The position numbers and the translations under genes were made by a program. 64,000 nucleotides of DNA, taken from the sequence record LR745206.1, one strand, 5' to 3'. Below the pieces are notes generated by a model. The model made no database searches. It saw nothing but the letters and a program-made list of their open reading frames with translations, and had not been told where the DNA came from. Positions 38,157 to 48,156 of the stretch are shown in pieces; the first letter of the stretch is position 1, and each line of letters opens with the position of its first letter.

Positions 38157-38678
38157 ATGAGATTAATTAAAAAGTTTGAGAATTTTAATGATATTGGAGA
38201 TATTGAATTATCTGATTATTTTATGGGTGAGCCAGATAAACAATATGTTGATTTTGAATCTACACACGATCCATTTGAAACTTCAAATGGTAAGATAGTT
38301 GGATTAAACCACAATTCACATTCATCATTTAGAAAAGGTAATAGAAGTATAAAACCAACAGAAGATATGGTAAGTGGTGTGGTTGATATATTTAGTGAAG
38401 TTTTAGGTGATTCGATTAATCATCATGAATATTACCCAGAGTATAAACAAATATACTTTTATACATGGTCAAATAAACAAATGAGTTATGGTGAAAGTTC
38501 AAAGGCAAATAAAAAGCAAATAATTATCGATTTTTATAAAAATGATTGGATATTTGTGAGTCTAATTGATGAGAATAGTTATAAACAATCAAATAGAGAG
38601 AAACATAGTATATGTAAGGGTCTAGGTGGATTAATAGAATTTCTTAATGATAAAAAAGAATATATTAGTAATAAATGA
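38157..38678 (+). CDS. hypothetical protein, CTS-like N-terminus
   Basis: Start ATG 38157, MRLIKKFENF. Confidence 0.65.
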   Translation: MRLIKKFENFNDIGDIELSDYFMGEPDKQYVDFESTHDPFETSNGKIVGLNHNSHSSFRKGNRSIKPTEDMVSGVVDIFSEVLGDSINHHEYYPEYKQIYFYTWSNKQMSYGESSKANKKQIIIDFYKNDWIFVSLIDENSYKQSNREKHSICKGLGGLIEFLNDKKEYISNK

Positions 38679-39343
38679 AACATTTAAAATCATATCAATT
38701 ATTTGAGTCTTCTACTAGACCAGAATTATCTAATCAAGAAATAGATAATGATAGAATTTATAGTGATATAAATGATATATGCCAAGATGTTATTGATACT
38801 GGATTAGAAGTTAAGATAGATATTAGTGATTATAAAAAAGTGGATAATGCTTTATGTACTGATGTTGTGCTTATAGGAATACACATACCATCCGAAAACT
38901 TTCTAACTGATAAGGGTTCTTTTGTATATGGTGATATAAAAGAAACCTTTGATAGAATAATTGATTATCTTAAAATATTTGGATATGATAATCATAAATT
39001 TAAAGTTTTTAATTTTGGTGGAAATACACTATTCAAAGATTTTGATGGTGATGTCAAGGAATCATCTTCATCCTTTAGATTAATACTTTATAAATCAATT
39101 GATCATATTATAGAATCTAAAACAACACCTAAATTGAAATTCAACAAACAACCTAGAAAGAAAGGTGCTAAGACTGACGTTTATAATGTGGTAAAGAACG
39201 GTACTATAATAGGTCAAGTTAAATGGTATAGTAGATTGCGTGGTTATGGTTTCTTACCACCATCTGGTGATGAATCTGAGGTGAAAGAATTTGTTAAAGA
39301 AATTTCTAGATTACGTAGAGAAGAAAAGAAAAAGAGTAAGTAA
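38675..39343 (+). CDS. two-domain hypothetical protein, CTS-like N-terminus
   Basis: MKHLKSYQLFES, internal HIIES before a basic domain. Confidence 0.7.
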   Translation: MKHLKSYQLFESSTRPELSNQEIDNDRIYSDINDICQDVIDTGLEVKIDISDYKKVDNALCTDVVLIGIHIPSENFLTDKGSFVYGDIKETFDRIIDYLKIFGYDNHKFKVFNFGGNTLFKDFDGDVKESSSSFRLILYKSIDHIIESKTTPKLKFNKQPRKKGAKTDVYNVVKNGTIIGQVKWYSRLRGYGFLPPSGDESEVKEFVKEISRLRREEKKKSK

Positions 39344-39531
39344 TGGCTATATTAGGTAGAAAAGAATATCTTAAAAAGATGGAAGCTAAGAGGAAGAAAT
39401 CTAATAGAAGAGTTAAAAAATTCAGAGATTTCAAAAAGAAAAATCCTAATCCATTTGAATTTAAATCAGTAGCTAGTACCGCTATACCAGGACCACTTTC
39501 CATAGTTACAACTCCAGCTAATATTTCCTAA
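39343..39531 (+). CDS. small highly basic protein
   Basis: K/R-rich N-terminal half. Confidence 0.55.
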   Translation: MAILGRKEYLKKMEAKRKKSNRRVKKFRDFKKKNPNPFEFKSVASTAIPGPLSIVTTPANIS

Positions 39532-39590
39532 ACTTTTATAAATTATTTTATAAAAGAAATATCAATCAGTCAAATTGTTATTTAAAACTT

Positions 39591-39605
39591 TGGCACGAAT
39601 ATTGA
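39591..39605 (+). promoter_or_regulatory. sigma54-type -24/-12 promoter upstream of dnaK
   Basis: TGGCACG-AATA-TTGA vs consensus TGGCACG-N4-TTGC. Confidence 0.6.
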
Positions 39606-39635
39606 TATAACCAAAATAAAATAAAAAATAAATTT

Positions 39636-41510
39636 ATGGCGAAAGACGTAATTATAGGAATTGACCTTGGGACCACAAATTCATGTGTTGCAGTGGTAGA
39701 AGGTGGAGAACCTATTGTAATCACAAATTCAGAGGGTAGAAGAACAACCCCATCAGTTGTCGGATTCACAGACAATGACAGAAAAATTGGAGATCCTGCT
39801 AAAAGACAAGCAGTTACTAATCCAACAAAAACAGTTTATTCGATTAAACGTTTCATTGGTAAGGACTTCTCAGTTTGTAAAGATGAAATTGGAAAGGTTC
39901 CTTATAAAGTAGTTAAAACAGGATCTAACGTACCTGGTGTTCAAATAGATGATAGAGTTTATACACCACAAGAAATATCAGCTATGATTCTACAAAAGAT
40001 GAAGAAGACAGCCGAAGAATATTTAGGACATGAAGTAACCAGAGCGGTTATTACTGTTCCAGCTTACTTTGGTGATGCTGAAAGAACTGCAACTATTGAA
40101 GCTGGTGAGATAGCTGGTTTGAAAGTTGAGAGAATTATAAATGAACCAACTGCCGCAGCTCTAGCATACGGACTAGATAAGAAAAATACAGATTCTAAGA
40201 TTCTTGTATTTGATTGTGGTGGTGGTACACATGACGTTTCTGTTTTAGAAATCGGTGATGGTGTTTTTGAAGTAAAATCTACTGATGGTGATACTCACTT
40301 AGGTGGTGATGATTTCGATAACGCAATTATTGATTGGATGGTATCAGAATTCAAATCAGACCATGATATGGATTTATCAAAAGATGCTATGGCTCTTCAA
40401 AGATTGAAGGAAGCTGGTGAGAAGGCAAAAATTGAACTATCATCTTCAACACAAACTGAGATTAATTTACCTTACATCACCGCTAAAGATGGTGTTCCTT
40501 TACACTTTGTTAAGAAATTGACAAGTGCTAAATTCGAACAAATGACTTCTAAGTTAGTAGATAGAACTATCGCTTGTGCGAAAAGTGCTCTTAAAAACGC
40601 AGGGTTAAAACCATCTGATATTGATGAAGTAATTCTTGTGGGTGGTTCTACTAGAATTCCAGCTATCCAAAATGCTATCGAGAAGTATATTGGTAAATCC
40701 CCAAATAAATCAGTAAACCCTGATGAAGTTGTTGCTCTTGGAGCCGCTATTCAAGGAGCTGTTTTATCCGGAGGAATTACAGATGTTTTACTTCTTGATG
40801 TTACACCACTTTCACTTGGTATTGAAACAATGGGGTCAGTAATGACCAGATTGATTGAGGCTAATACTACGATTCCGACCCGTAAGTCAGAAACGTTCTC
40901 AACAGCTTCAGATAATCAACCATCTGTTGAGATTCATGTTTTACAAGGTGAAAGACCAATGGCTAAAGATAACCGTTCACTAGGTAGATTCCATCTTGAT
41001 GGGATAATGCCAGCACCAAGAGGTATTCCTCAGGTTGAAGTGACATTGGATATTGATGCTAATGGTATACTTTCTGTATCCGCTAAAGATAAAGCTACTG
41101 GAAAAGAGAATAAGATTCGAATTGAAGGTGGTTCTCAATTATCTAAAGAAGAGATAGAAAGAATGAAGGCTGAGGCTGAAGCAAATTCAGAATCAGATAA
41201 ACTCGAAAGAGAAAAAGTTGACAAGGTTAATATGGCAGATAATTTAATCTTCCAAACAGAGAAACAAATGAAAGAATTTTCTGAGAAATTAACAGAAGAT
41301 GATAGGTCTTCTCTTAATTCAGACCTTGAGGAGTTGAGAAAGGCTCATTCTGAACAAGACGTTGATAAAATAGACGAAACATCTAATAAGTTAAACGAAA
41401 CTTGGTCAGCTATTAGCACTAGACTATATCAACAAACAAACGAATCAGAATCTACTGATGATGGTGATCCTGATGGTGGTGTGGAAGACACTTCTTATGA
41501 AGAAGTGTAA
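39636..41510 (+). CDS. dnaK: chaperone DnaK (Hsp70)
   Basis: [52 protein letters not shown]. Confidence 0.97.
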   Translation: MAKDVIIGIDLGTTNSCVAVVEGGEPIVITNSEGRRTTPSVVGFTDNDRKIGDPAKRQAVTNPTKTVYSIKRFIGKDFSVCKDEIGKVPYKVVKTGSNVPGVQIDDRVYTPQEISAMILQKMKKTAEEYLGHEVTRAVITVPAYFGDAERTATIEAGEIAGLKVERIINEPTAAALAYGLDKKNTDSKILVFDCGGGTHDVSVLEIGDGVFEVKSTDGDTHLGGDDFDNAIIDWMVSEFKSDHDMDLSKDAMALQRLKEAGEKAKIELSSSTQTEINLPYITAKDGVPLHFVKKLTSAKFEQMTSKLVDRTIACAKSALKNAGLKPSDIDEVILVGGSTRIPAIQNAIEKYIGKSPNKSVNPDEVVALGAAIQGAVLSGGITDVLLLDVTPLSLGIETMGSVMTRLIEANTTIPTRKSETFSTASDNQPSVEIHVLQGERPMAKDNRSLGRFHLDGIMPAPRGIPQVEVTLDIDANGILSVSAKDKATGKENKIRIEGGSQLSKEEIERMKAEAEANSESDKLEREKVDKVNMADNLIFQTEKQMKEFSEKLTEDDRSSLNSDLEELRKAHSEQDVDKIDETSNKLNETWSAISTRLYQQTNESESTDDGDPDGGVEDTSYEEV

Positions 41511-41515
41511 TAATG

Positions 41516-41544
41516 AAAAAACCCAGTCATTGACTGGGTTTTTT
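41516..41544. terminator. bidirectional intrinsic terminator
   Basis: AAAAAACCCAGTCA-T-TGACTGGGTTTTTT between convergent genes. Confidence 0.85.
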
Positions 41545-41546
41545 GT

Positions 41547-42803
41547 TTAATTACCTTCTGTGTAACTACCTTCTGTATCTCTAAAAACTCTAAAGTCCTT
41601 GTCTTCGAGTGAGTCATCATCATTTGTTAATGTATCAGTCTCAGTGTCTAAATAACAAACAGTATCCATATATGGATAATAATCCCAATCACCATCATCC
41701 AATTTAACAGTTATTATAGCTGATTTTGTTGTTGATCCATCAGTTATACTCTCATTCGGTGACATACTCTGTGATTTCTTATACCACCATCCATTTTTCT
41801 CAGCGAATTGTTTAAATAATTCAACATCGGAATCATGTGTGGTATATATTCTGTCCATAAAATTAGCAGCTTGTCCACCTATTTTAGCGTCCCATAATAA
41901 AGCTCTCCCCTTTATCATCTTACTAACATATCTACCATCTTTAATCTCACCATCATCATCATATAAAATTACTAAACTAACTTGTTTATTAAAACAATAA
42001 ATATCAAAATAGTCTGTATCAACTTCTGCCATACAAGAATTATTCAATGTACCACCACCATCAACATATGTATCTTCACCACTATTATCATACCAACGAG
42101 CAATTTCTTTACCCTTTACAATATCAAATTGTTTTAAGGCATCTTGTGCAAAATCATAAGTTGCTTTATATTGATTTGTAAATTCTTCAATTTCTTTATC
42201 AATAAATTTTATATCAGAAGCTTTTAAAATAGCTCTCACTAATCTACCAACCTTTATATTATTTCTTGATGTTGTCCATATTCTAGAATCATCAGCGTCC
42301 GTTGGTTCAATAGCTTCTTTATTTAAAACTGTTTTTTTCGGATCATCCACACCATATTCTTGAAACACAACATAAACTCTACCAGAGGTAGTACTAATTG
42401 TCTCTTTTAATACAAGTCCAATTATACCATGAGAAGGTGACCAAGGCTCTCCATTTGGCTTCTCATAATCTAAGGCTTCAAATATTCTATCATTACCTTT
42501 ACCATGTGTTAAGTATCTTTCAGAATCAATAACCTTCCAAGTTTCTGGTTTATCTTTTATAATTTCTTTAACTTTTCTATCTGGTGTGAAAGATACAGCG
42601 TCCTTCTCATCAGTGATATCAATATAATTATGAGTTATATTGATATCCTTTGAATAGGTGCTTAATAATTCAGATGCTATTCTATTGGTCTTCATCTTCG
42701 AAAGAAGACTAATGAATTTAGTAGAAAATACCACTTTTGATTCTAGTAATAGCTCATAAGCCATTTTCTCTGTGATATACTCATTATATTTTAATAAAAT
42801 CAT
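41547..42803 (-). CDS. conserved-looking phage protein with CTS-like N-terminus
   Basis: MILLKYNEYITE...LLES. C-terminal NSCM, GRALLW, FMDRIY, YPYMDT motifs. Confidence 0.65.
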   Translation of the reverse strand: MILLKYNEYITEKMAYELLLESKVVFSTKFISLLSKMKTNRIASELLSTYSKDINITHNYIDITDEKDAVSFTPDRKVKEIIKDKPETWKVIDSERYLTHGKGNDRIFEALDYEKPNGEPWSPSHGIIGLVLKETISTTSGRVYVVFQEYGVDDPKKTVLNKEAIEPTDADDSRIWTTSRNNIKVGRLVRAILKASDIKFIDKEIEEFTNQYKATYDFAQDALKQFDIVKGKEIARWYDNSGEDTYVDGGGTLNNSCMAEVDTDYFDIYCFNKQVSLVILYDDDGEIKDGRYVSKMIKGRALLWDAKIGGQAANFMDRIYTTHDSDVELFKQFAEKNGWWYKKSQSMSPNESITDGSTTKSAIITVKLDDGDWDYYPYMDTVCYLDTETDTLTNDDDSLEDKDFRVFRDTEGSYTEGN

Positions 42804-42828
42804 AAATTTTAAATTTAATTTCTCTGGT

Positions 42829-42837
42829 TATATATTA
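42829..42837 (-). promoter_or_regulatory. putative late promoter TAATATATA
   Basis: Exact motif upstream of 41547..42803. Confidence 0.55.
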
Positions 42838-42882
42838 TTTTAGGAAAATCAAAAGGTTATTTTATTATACAATTTCGAAAAA

Positions 42883-42891
42883 TAATATATA
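42883..42891 (+). promoter_or_regulatory. putative late promoter TAATATATA
   Basis: Exact motif upstream of 42897. Confidence 0.5.
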
Positions 42892-42896
42892 AATTA

Positions 42897-43157
42897 ATGA
42901 AGAAAATTCTATTTAAGGTTATGAAAAATAAAATAATAAATCTAATTAAGATATTAGGATTTGGACTTACTGAGATAGTAATAGATATTAAACTTTCAGT
43001 TGGGGACTTTCATTCAATTGAATGGGAGAAGTCAACTAATAAAGTATATTTACATATATTCAAATCAGGAGATCTAGATATTATGTTTGATTTTGAAGAA
43101 TTGGAAGAAGAAGATCAATTAAAAATCTATCAAAATTTAGCAATATTCTATAATTAA
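42897..43157 (+). CDS. hypothetical protein
   Basis: 86 aa ORF. Confidence 0.55.
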   Translation: MKKILFKVMKNKIINLIKILGFGLTEIVIDIKLSVGDFHSIEWEKSTNKVYLHIFKSGDLDIMFDFEELEEEDQLKIYQNLAIFYN

Positions 43158-44167
43158 AGACTATTCAACATTTGTATCATTTCCTTTTGTGGAAAAATAT
43201 CAAATTTACCTGTTCTAACTTGAGTGTGACTTCTTAAACCACCTAATTCGAACCATTTGTTATCATATTCAAACCAATCCTCATTATATATACCCTTATC
43301 TATCTCAATATCCCACCTATTTTGTAAATATAGTATTAATTTTCTAGTGCTTTCAAGTTGAGCATCTGTGTATTTTTCATAATGTTTAAATCCTCTAAAT
43401 GGTTTGTCTAACTCAACAACATCTGAATCATTAATAGGTCTATTAACATAATTATAAAACATACCATCTCTACCAAGTGTCAATGGACCATAATTACATA
43501 TCTCAATACCTATTGATTTTGAGTTTAAATCTTCACTATTTTTATGATTTATACCCAAGTGGTAAGCCCAGTATCTATCATCAAATGTTCGTAAAACTTT
43601 CCCATCCCATAAGGTATCATTCTTGGATGATGATTTTCTACCTATAAGGTAAGGAGTAGCAACTCTTAATGGTTTTGGATTACCATCTTTATCTAAGACA
43701 GGATTACCTTTCTTATCTTTTACATAGTCTCTTTCCCATCCACCAATAGTCCAATCTGGTCTAGATCCACCAGCAGTGTGATGTAACCATATTGTATCTT
43801 TTTTAGTTTCTGTTTTATAATATTCATCATCTTCTAGAAAACAATCATATATTGTTAAAGAATCCTCTCCAATATATGATATCTTAAATGGTATATCTAT
43901 TATTGGATCTGGTCTAAATTCTGGTGTTTCAACCGCTTCTGATTTATTACTATTATAATTGGTAATCTGACTCCATGTTTGTGGACCAACCACACCATCA
44001 GACTTTATACCAACACCTCTTTGGAAGTTAGTAACTGATACTAATGTATTTTGTCCAAAATTACCATCTATTTTACCTTTGTGGTATCCGTATTCCTTTA
44101 ATTTTGTTTGCATCCAACGAACATCCTCACCAGACATCCTTAACATTATAATTCTTTGGAGTTTCAT
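43154..44167 (-). CDS. endolysin-like: peptidoglycan-binding domain plus N-acetylmuramoyl-L-alanine amidase (Amidase_2)
   Basis: DGNFGQNTLVSVTNFQRGVGIKSDGVVGPQTW, WLHHTAG, SIGIEICN, SHTQVRTGKFD. Confidence 0.85.
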   Translation of the reverse strand: MKLQRIIMLRMSGEDVRWMQTKLKEYGYHKGKIDGNFGQNTLVSVTNFQRGVGIKSDGVVGPQTWSQITNYNSNKSEAVETPEFRPDPIIDIPFKISYIGEDSLTIYDCFLEDDEYYKTETKKDTIWLHHTAGGSRPDWTIGGWERDYVKDKKGNPVLDKDGNPKPLRVATPYLIGRKSSSKNDTLWDGKVLRTFDDRYWAYHLGINHKNSEDLNSKSIGIEICNYGPLTLGRDGMFYNYVNRPINDSDVVELDKPFRGFKHYEKYTDAQLESTRKLILYLQNRWDIEIDKGIYNEDWFEYDNKWFELGGLRSHTQVRTGKFDIFPQKEMIQMLNSL

Positions 44168-44682
44168 AGACTGTTATTATTTTTATATCTTTCTTTATGT
44201 TTTAGATCTAAATAAGCTTTTAGATCGGCATATGTAACATTACCTGGATTATTTAAGATATTATCAGCATTACCATCTGGTTGCACTTCTAACTTCCTCA
44301 ATTCCTCATTCTTAACCCTTTCCTCATATTGCTCTTCAACATTTTTTAAAATGTGTCCAAGATAGAAATCTATACCCTTTTCATGTACAATTTTATTATC
44401 GAATTTGAATAGAAATTCTTCAAAATTATGATCATAATAAACAGCAAAAGTTGAATCCTTAATAAAATGGTCAGCGTAGAATTTTATATCACCAACATTA
44501 CCTTGTCCATAAATTGTTGTTTTATATTGATTGCTGTAGAAAAAACTAAATTGATCCTTATCATTATACGCTCTTTTACCATTTTTTTCAACGGTAGCAA
44601 CTAATCCAAGATTTACTTTAAAATATCTTGATTTTTTGAATTCTAGAACTGTTTGATATGATGAAACTACATGTAAAGCCAT
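44164..44682 (-). CDS. hypothetical protein
   Basis: 172 aa ORF coupled to the amidase. Confidence 0.6.
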   Translation of the reverse strand: MALHVVSSYQTVLEFKKSRYFKVNLGLVATVEKNGKRAYNDKDQFSFFYSNQYKTTIYGQGNVGDIKFYADHFIKDSTFAVYYDHNFEEFLFKFDNKIVHEKGIDFYLGHILKNVEEQYEERVKNEELRKLEVQPDGNADNILNNPGNVTYADLKAYLDLKHKERYKNNNSL

Positions 44683-44710
44683 ACATTATTTATTAAATAA
44701 AATGTGCTTC

Positions 44711-45412
44711 CTATGGTCTATTTACTCTTTCTATGAAATTGATATGAATTTTATTATCTTTTAATTCTATATCATATTTCCATCTCCAATTTTGACCACC
44801 AAGATATCTAAACTTTGGCTCAAATAATTTTCTGATGAATGTTTTAACATCACTTAGTAATGTTTTGGATTCAAAACCATCTTCTATTGGTAATAGAACA
44901 ACACCATTTCTATCTTGTGAATATTTAAATGCTCTGGTTACCTTTGTATACCTATGATCTAAGTTTCTTTTTATAACATCTAGAAATTCATAGAATCCTT
45001 CTTTTTCAACAGGAACCTCTTCATTGGATTCTTCATCTATTAAATGATAAACTATATTAATTTTATTATTAGATGATATATCAATTCTTTCAATGTAAGT
45101 TTCTCCAAATTCAGAAAGCCTATCATTAGACTCTTCTAACTCTTCAAAAATATTTTTAATTAAATTTATATCAACAAAGTCTGTTATTTTCTTATTAAGT
45201 GTTGCTATATAACCAGGTTTTCTATAATATTGGTTTGGATTATCTGATGTTGTATAAGCTCTTCTTGATTCATCTGTATTAGTATTACGATCAGAAAAAT
45301 ATACCTTTTTAATATCCAATTCTAAACCAAAATCAATTAAGTGTATAAATATATCATTGAAATCATGATATTCTTTGGTATGTGATTCATTAAATGATTT
45401 AAGATGTTTCAT
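44711..45412 (-). CDS. hypothetical protein, CTS-like N-terminus
   Basis: MKHLKSFNES. Confidence 0.7.
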   Translation of the reverse strand: MKHLKSFNESHTKEYHDFNDIFIHLIDFGLELDIKKVYFSDRNTNTDESRRAYTTSDNPNQYYRKPGYIATLNKKITDFVDINLIKNIFEELEESNDRLSEFGETYIERIDISSNNKINIVYHLIDEESNEEVPVEKEGFYEFLDVIKRNLDHRYTKVTRAFKYSQDRNGVVLLPIEDGFESKTLLSDVKTFIRKLFEPKFRYLGGQNWRWKYDIELKDNKIHINFIERVNRP

Positions 45413-45969
45413 TACTCAGTTTCAATTTCGAATTCTTCGTCCTCACCGCCAAATTTCTCATCCATCTCTATTTTAAGATCGATGAGGAATTCCTCATCTA
45501 TGTTTTTAACTTCAATGTTTTTAGAGATTTGACCAAGCACTTCAAATGTATCCAAATCATATTTTTTTAGTTTGATATAACACTTCTCTATATCCTCTAT
45601 ACTAAAATCCTTTTCTTTATCTTTTGGGATAGCTTCTTTTATATCCACCATGATTATAAGAGCATAAGTATTAGTATCATCTGAAAATTTAATAGTTAAT
45701 GTATCATACATCTTAGAATATTTAGAAACCTCAGAACTTTCCAACCTAACACCTAAATCCTTAAATGTCATTTTATCTCCATTTTGATTTAATTTTTTAA
45801 TTTTTGTTGGATCTTCTTCTGCTTCTGGTGGATTATCTATATCACCTTCTTGAAACTCAAACATCTTATCAACTTTTACTTTAATTTGTTGTAATAATGT
45901 TGATATATAAGACTCTGGGGTCTCATGTAAGTCTTCTGTTATAAATTCTATATACTTTCTAATCTTCAT
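45412..45969 (-). CDS. acidic hypothetical protein, CTS-like N-terminus
   Basis: MKIRKYIEFITE. Confidence 0.7.
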   Translation of the reverse strand: MKIRKYIEFITEDLHETPESYISTLLQQIKVKVDKMFEFQEGDIDNPPEAEEDPTKIKKLNQNGDKMTFKDLGVRLESSEVSKYSKMYDTLTIKFSDDTNTYALIIMVDIKEAIPKDKEKDFSIEDIEKCYIKLKKYDLDTFEVLGQISKNIEVKNIDEEFLIDLKIEMDEKFGGEDEEFEIETE

Positions 45970-45973
45970 ACAA

Positions 45974-45982
45974 TATATATTA
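45974..45982 (-). promoter_or_regulatory. putative late promoter TAATATATA
   Basis: Exact motif 4 nt before the ATG. Confidence 0.55.
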
Positions 45983-46064
45983 AAATTAGATAGTCTTTTT
46001 TATTTTTAAGCAATAAATAGACAAATTAGAGAAATAGATAAGCAATATATAAACTATACAATCA

Positions 46065-46092
46065 AAACTTATCAATTAATAAAATGTATAAA
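46065..46092 (+). promoter_or_regulatory. putative middle promoter AAACTT-N16-TATAAA
   Basis: Upstream of prkA. Confidence 0.45.
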
Positions 46093-46111
46093 TAAAAAAT
46101 AAAGGATAAAT

Positions 46112-48034
46112 ATGAATCTATTAAACACCATTAAAAAAGATTTTACTCAATCTGAAAAGGATATTTCGATACAAGACTACTTAAAATTATGTAAAGAAGA
46201 TAAAAAAATATATGCAACACCGGCTGAACGTGTTTTAGACGTTATTGGTGAAGCAGAGATGGTTGATACAAAATCGGATGAAAGATTAAGTAGAATATAC
46301 TCTAATCGAATAATTAAAAGATATAAAACCTTCTCAGATTTCTATGGAATGGAAGATACAATCGAACAAATCGTATCCTTTTTCAGACATGCATCACAAG
46401 GACTCGAAGAAAAGAAACAAATTCTTTATCTATTGGGACCAGTAGGTGGTGGTAAATCATCATTAGCCGAAAGACTTAAACAATTAATAGAGAAAAGTCA
46501 TATTTATGTCCTTGTTGCTGATGGTGTGGTGTCACCAGTTTGGGAAAACCCATTAGGATTATTTTCAAATTATAGATCTGAATTGGAAGATGAATATGGT
46601 ATCTTAAAAAGATACATACCATCTTGTCCTTCACCTTGGGCTACTAAGAGATTAGCAGAGTTTGGTGGTGATATTTCCAAATTCACAGTAAGAAGAATTA
46701 AAATGTCTATTCAATCACAAATTGGTATCTCTAAAACAGAGCCAGGTGATGAGAATAACCAAGATATATCAGCACTTGTTGGTAAAATTGATATACGTAA
46801 ATTAGCTGAGTATCCACAAAATGATGCTGATGCTTATAACTACTCAGGAGCACTTTGTAGAGCAAATCAAGGACTTATGGAGTTTGTTGAGATGTTCAAA
46901 GCCCCGATTAAAATGTTAAATCCACTTTTAACTGCGACACAAGAAGGTAACTATAATGGTACTGAAAATTTACCAGCTATTCCTTTCCAAGGTATAATTT
47001 TGGCTCACTCAAATGAAAGCGAGTGGGAATCATTTTCTAATGATAGAAAGAATGAAGCTTTCTTAGATAGGGTTTATATTGTAAGAGTTCCTTATTGTCT
47101 TAGAATAGATGAGGAGGTTCAAATTTACGAAAAATTATTACAAAGTTCTTCATTATCCGAATCACCTTGTGCACCACAAACATTGGACTTATTAGCTCAA
47201 TTTTGTATAATGACAAGAATGAAAGATCCAGAAAATTCAATACTATATTCTAAAATGAGAATTTATAATGGTGAGAATTTGAAAGAATCTGACCCAAAAG
47301 CTAAATCTCTACAAGAGTATAAAGATAATGCTGGTATAACAGAAGGGATGGATGGTGTATCAACAAGATTCGCATTTAAAGTTCTTTCTAAGGTTTTTAA
47401 TCACGATACAGAAGAAGTTGCTGCTAATCCAGTTCATTTATTTTATGTTTTAGAACAAGAAATAATAAAAGCTCAATTACCTAGAGATGTTGAAGAATAT
47501 TATCTAAATATTCTAAAATCAACAATAACTACTAGATATGCTGATTTTATCGGAGATGAAATACAAAAAGCTTATGTTGATTCATATCAAGAATATGGTC
47601 AAAATCTATTTGAGAGATATATTACTTATGCTGACCATTGGTGTCAAGATAATGATTATCGTGATCCAGAAACAGGTCAACAGTTTGATAGACAAGCACT
47701 TAATGAAGAGCTTGAGAAAATTGAGAAACCAGCTGGTATTGCAAATCCTAAAGATTTCAGAAATGATGTTGTTCAATTTTATTTAAGACATAAAGCTAAA
47801 AATAGTAAAGCACCATCTTGGGATTCTTATGAGAAAATTAAAAATGTTATAGAAAAAAGAATATTCTCTAAAACAGAAGATCTTATTCCTGTTATATCAT
47901 TCACTAGTAAAGCGTCTAAGGATGATGAACATAAACATTCAGAATTTGTTAGTAGAATGAAGAAAAGAGGATATACTAATAAACAAATTCAATTATTAAC
48001 TGATTGGTATCTAAGAGTTAGAAAATCCAGTTAA
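46112..48034 (+). CDS. prkA: PrkA/YeaG family AAA+ serine kinase/ATPase
   Basis: GPVGGGKS, KTEPGDENNQDIS, ANQGLMEFVEMFKAPIK, AHSNESEW, GMDGVSTRF. Confidence 0.95.
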   Translation: MNLLNTIKKDFTQSEKDISIQDYLKLCKEDKKIYATPAERVLDVIGEAEMVDTKSDERLSRIYSNRIIKRYKTFSDFYGMEDTIEQIVSFFRHASQGLEEKKQILYLLGPVGGGKSSLAERLKQLIEKSHIYVLVADGVVSPVWENPLGLFSNYRSELEDEYGILKRYIPSCPSPWATKRLAEFGGDISKFTVRRIKMSIQSQIGISKTEPGDENNQDISALVGKIDIRKLAEYPQNDADAYNYSGALCRANQGLMEFVEMFKAPIKMLNPLLTATQEGNYNGTENLPAIPFQGIILAHSNESEWESFSNDRKNEAFLDRVYIVRVPYCLRIDEEVQIYEKLLQSSSLSESPCAPQTLDLLAQFCIMTRMKDPENSILYSKMRIYNGENLKESDPKAKSLQEYKDNAGITEGMDGVSTRFAFKVLSKVFNHDTEEVAANPVHLFYVLEQEIIKAQLPRDVEEYYLNILKSTITTRYADFIGDEIQKAYVDSYQEYGQNLFERYITYADHWCQDNDYRDPETGQQFDRQALNEELEKIEKPAGIANPKDFRNDVVQFYLRHKAKNSKAPSWDSYEKIKNVIEKRIFSKTEDLIPVISFTSKASKDDEHKHSEFVSRMKKRGYTNKQIQLLTDWYLRVRKSS

Positions 48035-48105
48035 GAGAATGGCGATCTCATTTAGATTATCCAGGTTTATAACCCCAGGTATTTGGGGGTATCCTGATGA
48101 CTTTA
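48035..48105 (+). other. GC-rich structured intergenic element
   Basis: GAGA/TCTC hairpin, then CAGG..ACCCC/GGGGGT..CCTG extended hairpin, between prkA and yeaH. Confidence 0.35.
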
Positions 48106-48156
48106 GTATTAAGCAAAAAATTGCGTTAAGAAAATCAAAAATTAAGAAAATATTCA

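Noticed and set aside
46087-46094. Canonical T4 late promoter TATAAATA for prkA
   Set aside because: A single occurrence that fits the AAACTT-N16-TATAAA class better. Late-type genes here use TAATATATA.
48035-48105. Fluoride (crcB) riboswitch or hammerhead (GGCGAT...CTGATGAC)
   Set aside because: No complementary pseudoknot partner for the 3' segment, and no GAAA after a stem II. Kept only as a generic structured element.
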